The notes under the pieces are model-generated. The model saw nothing but the letters and a program-made list of their open reading frames with translations, did not search any database and was not told the DNA's origin. From positions 104,145 to 168,144 of the IMG/VR virus record IMGVR_UViG_3300023174_000056: a stretch of DNA of 64,000 bases, one strand, 5' to 3'. The position numbers were made by a program, and so were the translations under genes. Origin of the DNA: a virus. Position 1 is the first letter of the stretch. Each line of letters opens with the position of its first letter. Of this stretch, positions 21,556 to 32,227 are shown one piece after another.

Positions 21556-24500
21556 CTAACAAACATCATCATCGTTTGTTGTACTATCAGTTTCCATACC
21601 AAAATCATCTTCTGCCAATGAAATTGCAAAAGCCGCTTGTCCTTGTGGTGTGATAGGAGGAAGTAGAGCTGCTGACAATCCTAAACTTGGTATATACATA
21701 GGAAGGTTTTTAACGGAGATTTGTACTCCAGCAGCTTCTGCTTGCGCTACTCCAAGGCCGTAAGCCGTTGATACGGCAGAAGCAATAGAGATGTTTGGAT
21801 CAGTTATTTGAGCAAAACTCCTAACAATTGTTTTTGGTAATGCAGCAAGCACTTTTAATTTAGATATACTTGCCGTAACTCCATTATCTTCTATTTTTTT
21901 CGTATAATCACTGGCTAGATCTATAATATCTATTATAGACTTAATTTCTTGTTTAGAAGCATCAAAAGAGGAATTTAAAACGTCAAGGCTGTTTAATGAC
22001 AATAGCATTGTTGAACAATATCCAGAAAACATTTCGTCAAATGGATAATATAATTTAAAGTAGGTATAGAATAAATCTTTAAATGTAAGATCTTTTTTAT
22101 AAGACTCATTAGATGTTATAGCGAATGTATATAAACTTTCAATATCGCTAGTAAAAAAGTCTGTATATTTTTTGGTTTCTTTTGCAACCATTGAAAAATA
22201 TGAACGTCCATTGTTAGTAATAATGCAAAATGGAGGGTTTGTTGCAGCCAGTTTATCTAAATCTACATCTACTTTTTCTATTAATTGCTGTTTTTCTTTA
22301 ATACGATCAGAAAAAGTTTTTATCTGAGTAACGACTTCTAACCCTTCTTTAGTTACAAGTGATAAATTGTCGTCATTATCACTCTCAATTAAAAGATCAT
22401 TTATCCTATCGTAGCTGGGCTTTAACGAGTACTCATTATTTTCATAAAATTTATCAACATTAGAAAAATAATTACTATTACTATCTCCATATTCTTTCAA
22501 TAAATTAATAATATAATTTAAGATGTTTTTTAGGTCTTCTTCGGTCATGCTATCGGAGGAGACAAGAGCCGCTAAAAATATTCTTACTTGATCTAGCGAC
22601 CATCCCGGTGGCTTTATTTTATTATCATACTCTTTTAATAAAATTTCTAATGACGGTTTTGATATCAAGAAATCAAATATATTTTTTATTCTAGCCATAA
22701 TGTCATTATTAGTTATTAAAGAAATTTCTTTATTTAAAGAATTTTTTACGTTTGAAATGCTTGCTGGATCTGGTATTAATGTGATATTATCATATGCATA
22801 ATCTACAAATGATTTATAATTCTTCTCTTGTATTATTTCTTCCGATTTAGTTATTTTTACTATATTTTTATTTTTTTCATTTTTATAAATTTCGTGAATT
22901 TGAGTGCTGACCGACGAGAAATCTTTCTTAAAATGCATTTTAAACGCATTTAAAATATCTGCTTTTGAATTTAATAAGTCTTCTATTTTTATATCTTTTA
23001 GATTTTGTTCTCTCTTATACTTCTCCATCATTATTTTATTAATTTTAGATGCATAAGAGGAGCCAAAAAGTCTCTTTATGTCTTTCATTATAAAATCATA
23101 GCAAATCACATAAAAAACTTCTGAGTCTAGTAGCGATAAGTAATTGCCGAATGGTAGCAATTTTAAATTAAAATCAATAGAATAAATTCTAAAAAATAAT
23201 GCCAATCCTGCTTCATAATTTGCTGTATCCGCAGCAGATGGAACCTTCTTTTTACCATCTAGTGACATTATAGGAGGTAAACAAGCTGATTTAGCAGCGG
23301 CCTTTTGAACACTATTTTTTATTTCATCTAGATTAATCAGTCTTTTATCTTTAACACCACACTTTTTTTCTTTTTTAGTTAGCAGCGGATTGAGATCTAG
23401 TGATAAAGCTTTTTGTATATTTGGTGTTTGTAAATTTCCATTTTTATCTGTTTTATATTCAAAAAGAAAATTATTAAAAAATTGCTTTTGAAATAAGTAA
23501 TTTACAATCTTTTTGTCGTAAGCATCCTGCTTTGACTGGATTTCTGTATTTATGCCGCCAATTAAAGAAAGTAAATTTTGATTAGCTTGTACCGAATAAG
23601 AACTAGTAGAAAAATTATAATTATTTGAAAGACTTTTATTTAAGTTTATTATTCTATTTTCCTGATCGGATATTGTGCTAATTCTTGTTGCATTTAAGCT
23701 GTTATACGAAAGATCAAGACCAGTACCGCTTATTGAAGAAGTTGAAGCATTTATGCGTATTTTTGTATTTATATTAATATTGTTAGTTTCAACCAATAAT
23801 TTTGAAAATTGGCTATCTGGGTCTTCGTTAATTAATTTTGCATTTTCTTCTGTTGCAAATAAGTATTCAGGTATTTTAAAGTTAAGATCGATAACATCAG
23901 GAAATGGAGAGCTAACTATTCCTCTGAAACTGCTGGTTCTTTTCACAGTTGTTGGGTACACTACTGAAGCGTAAAATGTGTTTGCGCTTCCAGAGGTTAG
24001 GAAGAGTTTTTTAATAACATTCCCGCTTTTATCTTGTATTGTAATAGATGAATTTCTAAACCAATTTTTAATATCTTGGTTATAGGACTCATCAAACTTA
24101 GAATATAATTTATCTAAAATATCCTCATTTGAGATTTTGAAAGCTTCAGGAATTCCAATTTTATCAGAAATTCCAGGTGTTATTGTTCCGTCTTCATTTT
24201 GAACACAATTGATTGGCTTTAATTCAATTGATGTCTTATTTAACATATTTAAAGCTAAAGACAATTTTGAAATAGTATTTTTTAAATTCTGGTCTTTTCT
24301 CTCAACTTCAACCTGTGCCTGTTCTTCAGTTAAGCCTTTTTCTTTTAAGGCTTTTTTTAAATTTTCATTAAAAGTATTGTTATCTATGCACAATATATCT
24401 GGATCATTTGATAATATTTGCTCTGTGAGAAAATTTAATTTTTCTTGATTCATTAATGGCGCAAATCTTGCAAAAAATTCCTTAACTTTATTATCGGCTA

Positions 24501-27192
24501 GGATCGTCACATCGTAATTGTTAAATTTTTTGGTTGAGCTGCCTAATTTTTTAGGAATATATTTGATACCCTGTGGGGTGCCTTGTTTTGATTCAAGTAA
24601 ATTAATTTCATTTTTTACTATTCTAATAATTTCGTTATCAGCGGTTCCTAAAAATAACTTAATAAGTTCTGATTTCGTCAAAGATTTTGATACAGAATCT
24701 AAAATTTTCTTAACTTCGTCTTTTGATTCTTCCTTATTTTCTTCGTCGTTTCTAACAATCCCGGCGTTTTCCAACGCATCGCCAGTTTGTCCAAGAGCCT
24801 GTCCAGAATTGCTGTAGTCGCCTAATAAATCTTCTGGCGAAGTATCCCCTACTGTATCTGGGTCTATGCTATCCTTACAGCTGCTAATAACATCGTTCAT
24901 CATTCTTAGGAGCGTTAGAATAGCATCTGTTCTCTCTTCTGCCAATGCTTCTCCAAAAGAGTTATAATAAACTGTCATCATCCCAGGTATATTTGGGAAT
25001 GTTGGTATTTTTATAACTGGAAAACTTGGAATTGGTAGTTGTGGTATCTGGCACGCAAGTGGGACATCGTTTACAAGGAAGTTTTTTATCGCATTCAACA
25101 AAAATCTTGTTGCATCTCTTAATTGTTGGTTTGCTATACACTTTGTAACTTCATCTATGATTAATTCCCATTGGATTGTTTTTGGATCTATAAATTCTTC
25201 CCAATTTTGTTTTGTAATTTCTCCAAGCTGTTTACCAAGTTCTTCCCATTCTTTTTCACTAAAAGTTTGTTGAAAATTTTTTATACTTTCGCCAGATACA
25301 ATATTATTTATAAATTCATTTGTGCTTTGCTTTAGTTGATCTTTTGTATTGTCAACGTAAGTTCGTAAACACTCTAGCTCTCTTTGTTCAAAACGATCAG
25401 CAGTACCTGGTGCGTATTTTATTTGCGCCAATTCGCCTGGAATTACGTAATCAGATAGAAATGATGTTATTGATTTTTTACCGTCTTCTTTTGCTAGTGC
25501 ATTTGTATTTGCTAGTAAAAATGCAAAAGTAGAATCTGTTATTGGTTCATTTATTAATAAACTGTTTACTCCATCTAATTCAATTATATTTTTTCCACCG
25601 TTATATGAAATATAAATTGCTTTTACGACCATTATGTCATTTATGGATATAAACTTAAAAGTTAATGCTGTATTTAATGTAAGACCATTTTCGTCATATA
25701 ATCCAAGAAGTTTCCCAGCGTTTTGATTTAAAAGACCAATAATTGTATTTGTAAAATTGTTATATGAATCTTCATATAAAGAAAGATCTATAAAAACCTC
25801 TGGGGGTGGGTCTTTTTCTAATTCTCCTCTTAATTTTGATGCGTAGTCTTTAAGAGTCTTATAGACGTTATCAAAAGTTTTTAATAAAACTAAATCACCA
25901 TTTGGCTGGGCTGAGTAGGGTATGAAAACAAAACGGTTTACTTGATTAGGATTTTCTTTTGTTGGATCATTTTCGTCTAAAGAAGGCAGTTCTTTAAAAG
26001 TAGGTATATCTGATGGTGATATGTAATCACGTAATGATGGCTCACCATTAATAGCAGAATCCAATCCATCAGAAATCGCTGCTGAATAATCATAATTTGC
26101 AGCATTTGATGATCCCGCAGATAAAACAGAAGAAAGATTTGGTGCTAATTTATTAAAATTAAAAATTTCAGTATTTGAAATTGTTTCCGATGCTCTATTA
26201 ACAAGGTCTGGGAGATCTAAAAGTGACTGACCAGCCGCCTGAAGATAGTTGTCGGTCTTACAAACGGCTTCTACATTTCTATATGGCAATACTACAAGTA
26301 TCGCTGGCGGTTGGTTTCTTCTTGGATTTATAACATAACTTTCTATTTTTGCAAAACAATAATATTGTTCTTCAAAATTTCTTCCATCTTTTGTTTGTAA
26401 TTTATTTACATCTTTTAAAATAGCTTTTATTGCGCTTGAAAAAGCACTTTTAAATGAATCAGTAATTATTTCTTCAGTTAGATTATTAAAATCTACTATA
26501 TTAAGTTGCGTTATGACATAGTATGATGCAATTTCATCGCTATAATTAACTTTATCAAAATCATCCGATGGGAACACAGTAAAATTAACGCTTTTTGCAT
26601 ATAATTTGGGATTTATCGTTGGAGATTTTGCCACATCAGAATAATCTATCAATCTTCTACTATCTGGGTAGGTTCCTTCTGCTATATCGCTTTTTAAGCA
26701 AAAACCAGTTTGTTCTTTAATGCCGGAATCGGTAAGAACTTGGAATAAAACTTTACACCAAAGAAGGTCTTTTCCTATACCAGTTTCAATAACTCTAATT
26801 TTTAGTGCAGTTCTAAAGCTTACAACATTAAAAAAAGAATTTTGTGTTTTTACAATAGAAATACTGCTAACATTTTCTTTTGAATTTTTTACATAATCAT
26901 AAATAAAAGTTGGCGATGAAAAATCTCTTAATGCATTAATATATTCGCCAATTTGAGCGTCAGTTGCATTTAATGCTACAGAGAAGCGATCAACAAGATT
27001 AAAAAAGTCTCCGTCGCCTCTGGTATCAAATCCCTTATAAGAAGAAATATGCTGAATTATCGTTACTTCATCAGATCCCTCTGTTACTATCAGATACTTT
27101 TCTGGCGTTAACGCAAAAACTGGTGCTAACTGATAATTTTCTTGTCCATAAGAAATATCTTCTATAAGTTTTTGAAAGTCGATGTCTGCCAT
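21556..27192 (-). CDS. large hypothetical virion protein (1878 aa)
   Basis: Long, largely helical-looking ORF between the spike and gp25 genes. Confidence 0.65.
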   Translation of the reverse strand: MADIDFQKLIEDISYGQENYQLAPVFALTPEKYLIVTEGSDEVTIIQHISSYKGFDTRGDGDFFNLVDRFSVALNATDAQIGEYINALRDFSSPTFIYDYVKNSKENVSSISIVKTQNSFFNVVSFRTALKIRVIETGIGKDLLWCKVLFQVLTDSGIKEQTGFCLKSDIAEGTYPDSRRLIDYSDVAKSPTINPKLYAKSVNFTVFPSDDFDKVNYSDEIASYYVITQLNIVDFNNLTEEIITDSFKSAFSSAIKAILKDVNKLQTKDGRNFEEQYYCFAKIESYVINPRRNQPPAILVVLPYRNVEAVCKTDNYLQAAGQSLLDLPDLVNRASETISNTEIFNFNKLAPNLSSVLSAGSSNAANYDYSAAISDGLDSAINGEPSLRDYISPSDIPTFKELPSLDENDPTKENPNQVNRFVFIPYSAQPNGDLVLLKTFDNVYKTLKDYASKLRGELEKDPPPEVFIDLSLYEDSYNNFTNTIIGLLNQNAGKLLGLYDENGLTLNTALTFKFISINDIMVVKAIYISYNGGKNIIELDGVNSLLINEPITDSTFAFLLANTNALAKEDGKKSITSFLSDYVIPGELAQIKYAPGTADRFEQRELECLRTYVDNTKDQLKQSTNEFINNIVSGESIKNFQQTFSEKEWEELGKQLGEITKQNWEEFIDPKTIQWELIIDEVTKCIANQQLRDATRFLLNAIKNFLVNDVPLACQIPQLPIPSFPVIKIPTFPNIPGMMTVYYNSFGEALAEERTDAILTLLRMMNDVISSCKDSIDPDTVGDTSPEDLLGDYSNSGQALGQTGDALENAGIVRNDEENKEESKDEVKKILDSVSKSLTKSELIKLFLGTADNEIIRIVKNEINLLESKQGTPQGIKYIPKKLGSSTKKFNNYDVTILADNKVKEFFARFAPLMNQEKLNFLTEQILSNDPDILCIDNNTFNENLKKALKEKGLTEEQAQVEVERKDQNLKNTISKLSLALNMLNKTSIELKPINCVQNEDGTITPGISDKIGIPEAFKISNEDILDKLYSKFDESYNQDIKNWFRNSSITIQDKSGNVIKKLFLTSGSANTFYASVVYPTTVKRTSSFRGIVSSPFPDVIDLNFKIPEYLFATEENAKLINEDPDSQFSKLLVETNNININTKIRINASTSSISGTGLDLSYNSLNATRISTISDQENRIINLNKSLSNNYNFSTSSYSVQANQNLLSLIGGINTEIQSKQDAYDKKIVNYLFQKQFFNNFLFEYKTDKNGNLQTPNIQKALSLDLNPLLTKKEKKCGVKDKRLINLDEIKNSVQKAAAKSACLPPIMSLDGKKKVPSAADTANYEAGLALFFRIYSIDFNLKLLPFGNYLSLLDSEVFYVICYDFIMKDIKRLFGSSYASKINKIMMEKYKREQNLKDIKIEDLLNSKADILNAFKMHFKKDFSSVSTQIHEIYKNEKNKNIVKITKSEEIIQEKNYKSFVDYAYDNITLIPDPASISNVKNSLNKEISLITNNDIMARIKNIFDFLISKPSLEILLKEYDNKIKPPGWSLDQVRIFLAALVSSDSMTEEDLKNILNYIINLLKEYGDSNSNYFSNVDKFYENNEYSLKPSYDRINDLLIESDNDDNLSLVTKEGLEVVTQIKTFSDRIKEKQQLIEKVDVDLDKLAATNPPFCIITNNGRSYFSMVAKETKKYTDFFTSDIESLYTFAITSNESYKKDLTFKDLFYTYFKLYYPFDEMFSGYCSTMLLSLNSLDVLNSSFDASKQEIKSIIDIIDLASDYTKKIEDNGVTASISKLKVLAALPKTIVRSFAQITDPNISIASAVSTAYGLGVAQAEAAGVQISVKNLPMYIPSLGLSAALLPPITPQGQAAFAISLAEDDFGMETDSTTNDDDVC

Positions 27193-27194
27193 GA

Positions 27195-28136
27195 TTAATT
27201 TGTGTTGTTAAATCTACTAGCTATATATAGCTCGCCAGTTTTTTCTAAATATGTTTTTTTAAACACGCCAAGAGATTTTCTAATTTGATCTAATTTTATA
27301 TTTGAAACTTGACTAAAAATATAACTAGCTGTTAGTGATTTAGTTGGTAAATCTGTGTCTAATGGTAATGTAGGACTGCCAGGGACTCCTGTTGCGTGTT
27401 GATGGGTTGCAAGTGATGAATCAACTTTTTCTTGATAATGAATTATTTCTAGAATTGAATCAACTGTTAATTCCATTAAATTTATCATTTCTGCAAAAGC
27501 TTTATTAGTATTTATTCCTTTTAACATAGGTTGCAAATCGCTATCATCATTACCAGCAATAAGATCAATACCTTTAATTTTAATAATTTTTTGTCTTTTG
27601 GAATCTTCAGAGTATCTTCGTGTTACAAGCTTTATGCCTCTTTCGCCAACAATTCTAACTGCATCTGCTTTAATACCAATTGCACTTTGTTTAATAGATT
27701 TACCGATTGTTCCATCTTTTAAATTTAAATAATCATCTATATCTGCGGTCTGCGATAAGTAAATATATGAAGAATCTAACATAAAATCTGGATTTGACAC
27801 GGAGGGATTTTTAGCATCTTCTTTATATAATCCGATTCCAGCCCCAAAATGTCCAGCTACAATATGAACCATCCCAGATTTTGGATGTCCTTTGCCTCCA
27901 TACCCAGAAGTTATTTTATCTTTTCTATCTTTACCCAAAATTATATGAGAGTTATTATAGCCACTATAAATTTTTTCAGCTACAGAATTAATTCTTTTTG
28001 GGAACGCCTCTCTTTTTACGCTGTCACCAACGCCATTTTGAGATAATTTTGTGCCTTCAGAAGAGTTTTCTTGCGCTATCTTATTTTCTTTTGAAAGCCC
28101 TTCACTATTTAAATAATTTCCTGCTGCCATTTTCAT
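27195..28136 (-). CDS. putative baseplate central spike protein
   Basis: Beta-strand repeats (IGIKADAVRIVGERGIKLVT) and a C-terminal HxH (HQH) followed by 'TGVPGSPT', typical of spike tips; baseplate context. Confidence 0.55.
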   Translation of the reverse strand: MKMAAGNYLNSEGLSKENKIAQENSSEGTKLSQNGVGDSVKREAFPKRINSVAEKIYSGYNNSHIILGKDRKDKITSGYGGKGHPKSGMVHIVAGHFGAGIGLYKEDAKNPSVSNPDFMLDSSYIYLSQTADIDDYLNLKDGTIGKSIKQSAIGIKADAVRIVGERGIKLVTRRYSEDSKRQKIIKIKGIDLIAGNDDSDLQPMLKGINTNKAFAEMINLMELTVDSILEIIHYQEKVDSSLATHQHATGVPGSPTLPLDTDLPTKSLTASYIFSQVSNIKLDQIRKSLGVFKKTYLEKTGELYIASRFNNTN

Positions 28137-28137
28137 T

Positions 28138-29397
28138 TTATGCTAACCTTGTAAATTGTACACCACTTAACTGTCTGTATAGCTCTATCCCATTTCTATT
28201 ATAGGAAGCATAGGTTTTTTTACCAGAAGAATCGGAATTCCAATGTCCGTAGCTTAGAACTTCTAAGCGGTTTCTTGTGAAATTTGGTGTTTTTGGATGT
28301 GCTATAGAAATATGAAACCAAAAACTTCCAGGACCAGAGCTTTCAAAAATTAATTGATCGTATTGATTTATTACTTTTTTTGATTTTATTTCATCAAAAA
28401 TGTCTAATAATCTCGTATCATTAACGTTTACAAAGCTTAGGTCTGCCGCTGTTCCAAGTCTGTGCTGACTATTTGGCGCACCGCCTACTGCATTATTTAA
28501 TTCTTGCCCTCTAAAAACACTATTTATAACAAAAGAACCGACGCCATAATAATCTACTAATTTATCTAAAACAGTTCTAGCTAAAAAGGCCAATCTTTCA
28601 ATTTCGTCTGGGCTTGGCTGATTGCTTATTCCTCTTTGTTTTGCTGTTTCAGAATATGTTAGCTGCGATAAGGTAAAATATTTTGAGATTAATTCATCGC
28701 TGCTTGGTGGGTTATATAGGCTTAATCTTTCTTCTGGGGCGGTGCATACACTTGTTGAAAAATTAGGTACTGGTGCTTCGTCTTGGTTTATAGATTCTTG
28801 CGACGAATTTATTGAATCAGAATTAGGCTTGATATTAGAATTATCAGAGCATGGAGGCTCCGTAAAAGTGTCTTTCGCTGTTTTCTTTTCTTTAGAATTA
28901 TCTTCGATAATTATAGGAGGATAATCATCGTATTTTGCAGAAATACTTGCTTCTTCTTTTGTACTATTTGCATATTCAAATTCAACAATTGTGCCAGTTG
29001 GTAGTTTATCTTTTATTTTAGAACTACACCTGACCATCGTAGTGCTTTTTAAAATATCAGATTTTGTTTGAAACTTTGTAGCTATTGAAGCGTGCGCCAA
29101 ATCAATCGGTAAAACAAGGTACTCTATAAAAATATTGTTTGTCGCTGATGTGGTTGACGCAAGCAATTTGTTGATATTTGTTCTTGGAGACGTTGTTTCT
29201 ATGACATCCATGATGACGCCATAGTTTCTATAATTTTCAATCGTATTAAGCTGTTGCATAAGTTGCGACAGCATTTTTCTAGAAACAACTTGAGGATTTG
29301 TTGACATTTCCTCAATTGTTGGAGTATATTTAAATTTTGGACCTTGTTCGGTTGTTGTCTGGATACGGCCAGAGCCATAAAGAGCCAAATTAGGCAT
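28138..29397 (-). CDS. virion-associated peptidase M15A (D-Ala-D-Ala carboxypeptidase family) with unknown N-terminal domain
   Basis: 'YFTLSQLTYSETA..RGISNQP...INSVFR..LN.AVGGA.NSQH..G.AAD...YDQLIFE...WFHIS'. Confidence 0.85.
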   Translation of the reverse strand: MPNLALYGSGRIQTTTEQGPKFKYTPTIEEMSTNPQVVSRKMLSQLMQQLNTIENYRNYGVIMDVIETTSPRTNINKLLASTTSATNNIFIEYLVLPIDLAHASIATKFQTKSDILKSTTMVRCSSKIKDKLPTGTIVEFEYANSTKEEASISAKYDDYPPIIIEDNSKEKKTAKDTFTEPPCSDNSNIKPNSDSINSSQESINQDEAPVPNFSTSVCTAPEERLSLYNPPSSDELISKYFTLSQLTYSETAKQRGISNQPSPDEIERLAFLARTVLDKLVDYYGVGSFVINSVFRGQELNNAVGGAPNSQHRLGTAADLSFVNVNDTRLLDIFDEIKSKKVINQYDQLIFESSGPGSFWFHISIAHPKTPNFTRNRLEVLSYGHWNSDSSGKKTYASYNRNGIELYRQLSGVQFTRLA

Positions 29398-29697
29398 TTA
29401 TTTTTTTTCCTTGATCAAGTCAAAAATTTCATCTTTCTCCTTAGATGATAAAGAGTCTTGGACGCCCTCCTTTCTTTGAAGGATTGCGGCGATCTTAACA
29501 AGTTGTTCATTACTTCTTTGCAGAGTCTCTAAATATTTACTTGCCACTTCTCCGAAGTCTTTATGCTTATACTTATCAGTTGTTTGAGACATTTCATTGA
29601 CTAAATCCAATAAAAGCTTATTAGCAATAGCTCTATCATTTAAAATATTTTGTGTTGCGTCCTCTATATAATCATTTAGAGCTTTTTGCTTGGACAT
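29398..29697 (-). CDS. hypothetical protein (probable start MSKQKAL)
   Basis: The ATG at 29697 follows the stop of the sigma-like gene; the track start at 29736 overlaps it. Confidence 0.6.
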   Translation of the reverse strand: MSKQKALNDYIEDATQNILNDRAIANKLLLDLVNEMSQTTDKYKHKDFGEVASKYLETLQRSNEQLVKIAAILQRKEGVQDSLSSKEKDEIFDLIKEKK

Positions 29698-29698
29698 A

Positions 29699-30403
29699 TT
29701 ATAAGTTTCCGTTTTCCCATTCTTTCTTAAAAGCAACGTATCTTACTTTAAATTTCTTTAAGTTGCTTACGACTTGTTTAGTGTTTAAACCAGTCATTTC
29801 TCTAATATATAAATAAATAGCTTTTTTATTAAAAATTTCTATATTATCACTTTCTTTAAATAATATCTGGATAGCTTTGTAAACTTTTTCTTCATTGGAT
29901 TTCATTTTTTTATTATTCCAACTACCCATCTCTTTTTCAAAAAAAGCCCAAAATTCTTGTTGTTGCCTGTCTATTTCGTAGCTATGCTCATAGATAAGTT
30001 GCTCTTCATCTTTTGTATTAACAATATCCTCTAAATAAACTTCTTTTTTGTTGTTGTTTTTCTTTACTTTATAAATAAACCAGTTTTTGGTTATCACTGA
30101 AAAATAAGAAAATGCTTTACTGCCTTTTGAAACATCGAACTTATCTAAAATTGTTGTTAACCAAATTTTACATTCGTCTTTTAGATCTTCAATATTTGGC
30201 AAATTATTGAATTTATAGGTAAAAACTATCTTATCAACCATTTCATCAAAGGCTGGTTGGATCCACAATTTATATAATTCATTTTTTCTTTTATGATCAA
30301 TAATTGAAGCATACTCTAAAATTGCTTCTTCATGATCTTTTGTAAAATACTGATTGCTAGGTTTACTGTTGTTGGTCAATGCTAGTTTCCTCTTCTTCAC
30401 CAA
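29699..30403 (-). CDS. phage RNA polymerase sigma factor, T4 gp55-like (late transcription)
   Basis: 'YFTKDHEEAILEY' and 'KFDVSKGSKAFSYFSVITKNWFI' resemble the gp55 region-2 'FD..K...F.YF..I' motif. Confidence 0.65.
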   Translation of the reverse strand: MVKKRKLALTNNSKPSNQYFTKDHEEAILEYASIIDHKRKNELYKLWIQPAFDEMVDKIVFTYKFNNLPNIEDLKDECKIWLTTILDKFDVSKGSKAFSYFSVITKNWFIYKVKKNNNKKEVYLEDIVNTKDEEQLIYEHSYEIDRQQQEFWAFFEKEMGSWNNKKMKSNEEKVYKAIQILFKESDNIEIFNKKAIYLYIREMTGLNTKQVVSNLKKFKVRYVAFKKEWENGNL

Positions 30404-30665
30404 TAATTGATTTTTTATAAAATTTACTAGCTTCTATAACCATTTTTGTATTTTTTATAGCGGCAGCAACGGTTTCATCACCATAATATTGCTCTAATTC
30501 AAACATGCTTGTCAAATTTTCTGCATACTGCTCTAAAAGTTCTTGGAATTGAGTTACGCCATCAATTCCAACATTCAAATTTTTTATTAATTTTCTAGTA
30601 TACCAAATAAAAATACCATTTACGGTTAATGATAAAATTAAAAATAATATTAAAGCTACAATCAT
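30363..30665 (-). CDS. membrane-anchored hypothetical protein
   Basis: Hydrophobic N-terminal helix. Confidence 0.6.
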   Translation of the reverse strand: MIVALILFLILSLTVNGIFIWYTRKLIKNLNVGIDGVTQFQELLEQYAENLTSMFELEQYYGDETVAAAIKNTKMVIEASKFYKKSIIGEEEETSIDQQQ

Positions 30666-30922
30666 GGTTTGTACTCTCGTTTTCTTAGTTCAGTTTGATG
30701 ATCTAGCAATAATTTTCTATTATCCTCGATAGCTCTTTCGACTCTTTCTCCAGCCAAATCTCGTTCCGTTTTTTGTTTTGAATAAGAAGTTAAAAGTGAA
30801 GGAATTTTTTCTAAAGTGTCTTTTCCGCTACAATATTCACAATCATGTAGCTGTTCAGTGATACTATGCATAGTCTTAAACTGTTTTTCGCAAAACTTGC
30901 ATTTGTATTCATACATTGGCAT
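30662..30922 (-). CDS. FmdB-family zinc-ribbon protein
   Basis: MPMYEYKCxxC...CxxCxG. Confidence 0.85.
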   Translation of the reverse strand: MPMYEYKCKFCEKQFKTMHSITEQLHDCEYCSGKDTLEKIPSLLTSYSKQKTERDLAGERVERAIEDNRKLLLDHQTELRKREYKP

Positions 30923-30924
30923 TT

Positions 30925-31107
30925 TTATTCACCCGCTGGTTCATCACTAAATAAAATTTGAGTTGGGGGATTCATAACAACCAACTCTTCATTTGGGTCA
31001 GTTTCAAAATCAAATCCTTTTAACACTGGTACGATGTCGGTTTGTTCCATGAGTGATTTTTGTAGTGCAACCATTACGCATGATAATGCTTGATCTGATA
31101 GTTTCAT
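30925..31107 (-). CDS. hypothetical protein
   Basis: 60-aa ORF, ATGA-coupled to upstream gene. Confidence 0.65.
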   Translation of the reverse strand: MKLSDQALSCVMVALQKSLMEQTDIVPVLKGFDFETDPNEELVVMNPPTQILFSDEPAGE

Positions 31108-31517
31108 TTGTTTTCTCCGTTTAGCGATTGTGCTATTAATTGTTTATATTTTGTAGTAGACCAGCCATGTGCCCGATCTACATATACAACTTCATTGCTA
31201 TATTCTTGCCCTGTTGCATACCTGTCTTTGTAATCATCTCCAAGTATCCTAACATGATATTGATTACTTTTTAAAATATTAACTAAATCTTTTTCTGTCG
31301 TATATTTTATAATTTCATCAATAAATTTTATTGAATTTAGTATTTCTTTTCTTTCTTCCCATAATAAAACTGGTTTAATTTTATTAGAACGTTCTATGGT
31401 CGGGTCTGTTTGTAAAGCTACTACAAGGTAGTCGCAATGCTCCTTGGCTTTACGGAACATATACACATAACCGGGATGTATTACATCAAAAGATCCAGCT
31501 ATAATTCCTAATTTCAT
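31104..31517 (-). CDS. glycerol-3-phosphate cytidylyltransferase-like (TagD family)
   Basis: 'GSFDVIHPGY', 'LVVALQTD', 'GDDY', 'WSTT' motifs. Confidence 0.85.
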   Translation of the reverse strand: MKLGIIAGSFDVIHPGYVYMFRKAKEHCDYLVVALQTDPTIERSNKIKPVLLWEERKEILNSIKFIDEIIKYTTEKDLVNILKSNQYHVRILGDDYKDRYATGQEYSNEVVYVDRAHGWSTTKYKQLIAQSLNGENK

Positions 31518-32227
31518 TTTAATATAGAAGCCTCATCAAACTTTCTGACTGTTATTAAGGGAATGTGCATAATTTTTAAATTTTCTCTTGCACAAAAGTC
31601 TGTTACTCTTTCCCACATGTCAGCATCAGAAGGATAAATCCTTTTTTGGTCATTTATGTTTCTATATCTTAAATTTATTTTTTCAAGATTCCAAGAAACA
31701 GAAGCATGGACAATATTACCACATCTAGGTAACAAATTATTATACATCAATGGAACATTATTTTCTAGTGGTAGGATTGTATTTAAATAATATGATTTAG
31801 TATATAAAAAACAGCTATCAGGGAAACTTTTGTAGGAGTCTGCTAAAACTTGTAAATGATTCGGCAACCATTCATCATCATCGTCTATGCATGAATAAAA
31901 TTTAATATTTTCGCTATACATCATATCCATAGATGTATTTGAAGCAAAAACTCCTCCACAACTCCAGAGTTTTGTGCCTGACAATTTTAAAATATCTCTT
32001 TCGTGCCCAAACCGTAAATTTATTGAAGTAATTTTTTCTTTATCAACTAAATTACAAATCCTATTAAACTCTTCATGATTAGTATAGCCATCTCCAACTA
32101 AAAATATTTTCCAATTTTTATAAGTTTGAGATTTTATAGAATTAATACATCTTTCTATTTTTTCATATGTACTACCATCTTTTCTAAAGTAAGTTGCAAG
32201 TTTTATACCAAAAAATATATCAGACAT
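31514..32227 (-). CDS. glycosyltransferase family 2
   Basis: 'SIKSQTYKNW.IFLVGD', 'IDDDDEWLPNHL', 'D.DMW'. Confidence 0.85.
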   Translation of the reverse strand: MSDIFFGIKLATYFRKDGSTYEKIERCINSIKSQTYKNWKIFLVGDGYTNHEEFNRICNLVDKEKITSINLRFGHERDILKLSGTKLWSCGGVFASNTSMDMMYSENIKFYSCIDDDDEWLPNHLQVLADSYKSFPDSCFLYTKSYYLNTILPLENNVPLMYNNLLPRCGNIVHASVSWNLEKINLRYRNINDQKRIYPSDADMWERVTDFCARENLKIMHIPLITVRKFDEASILK

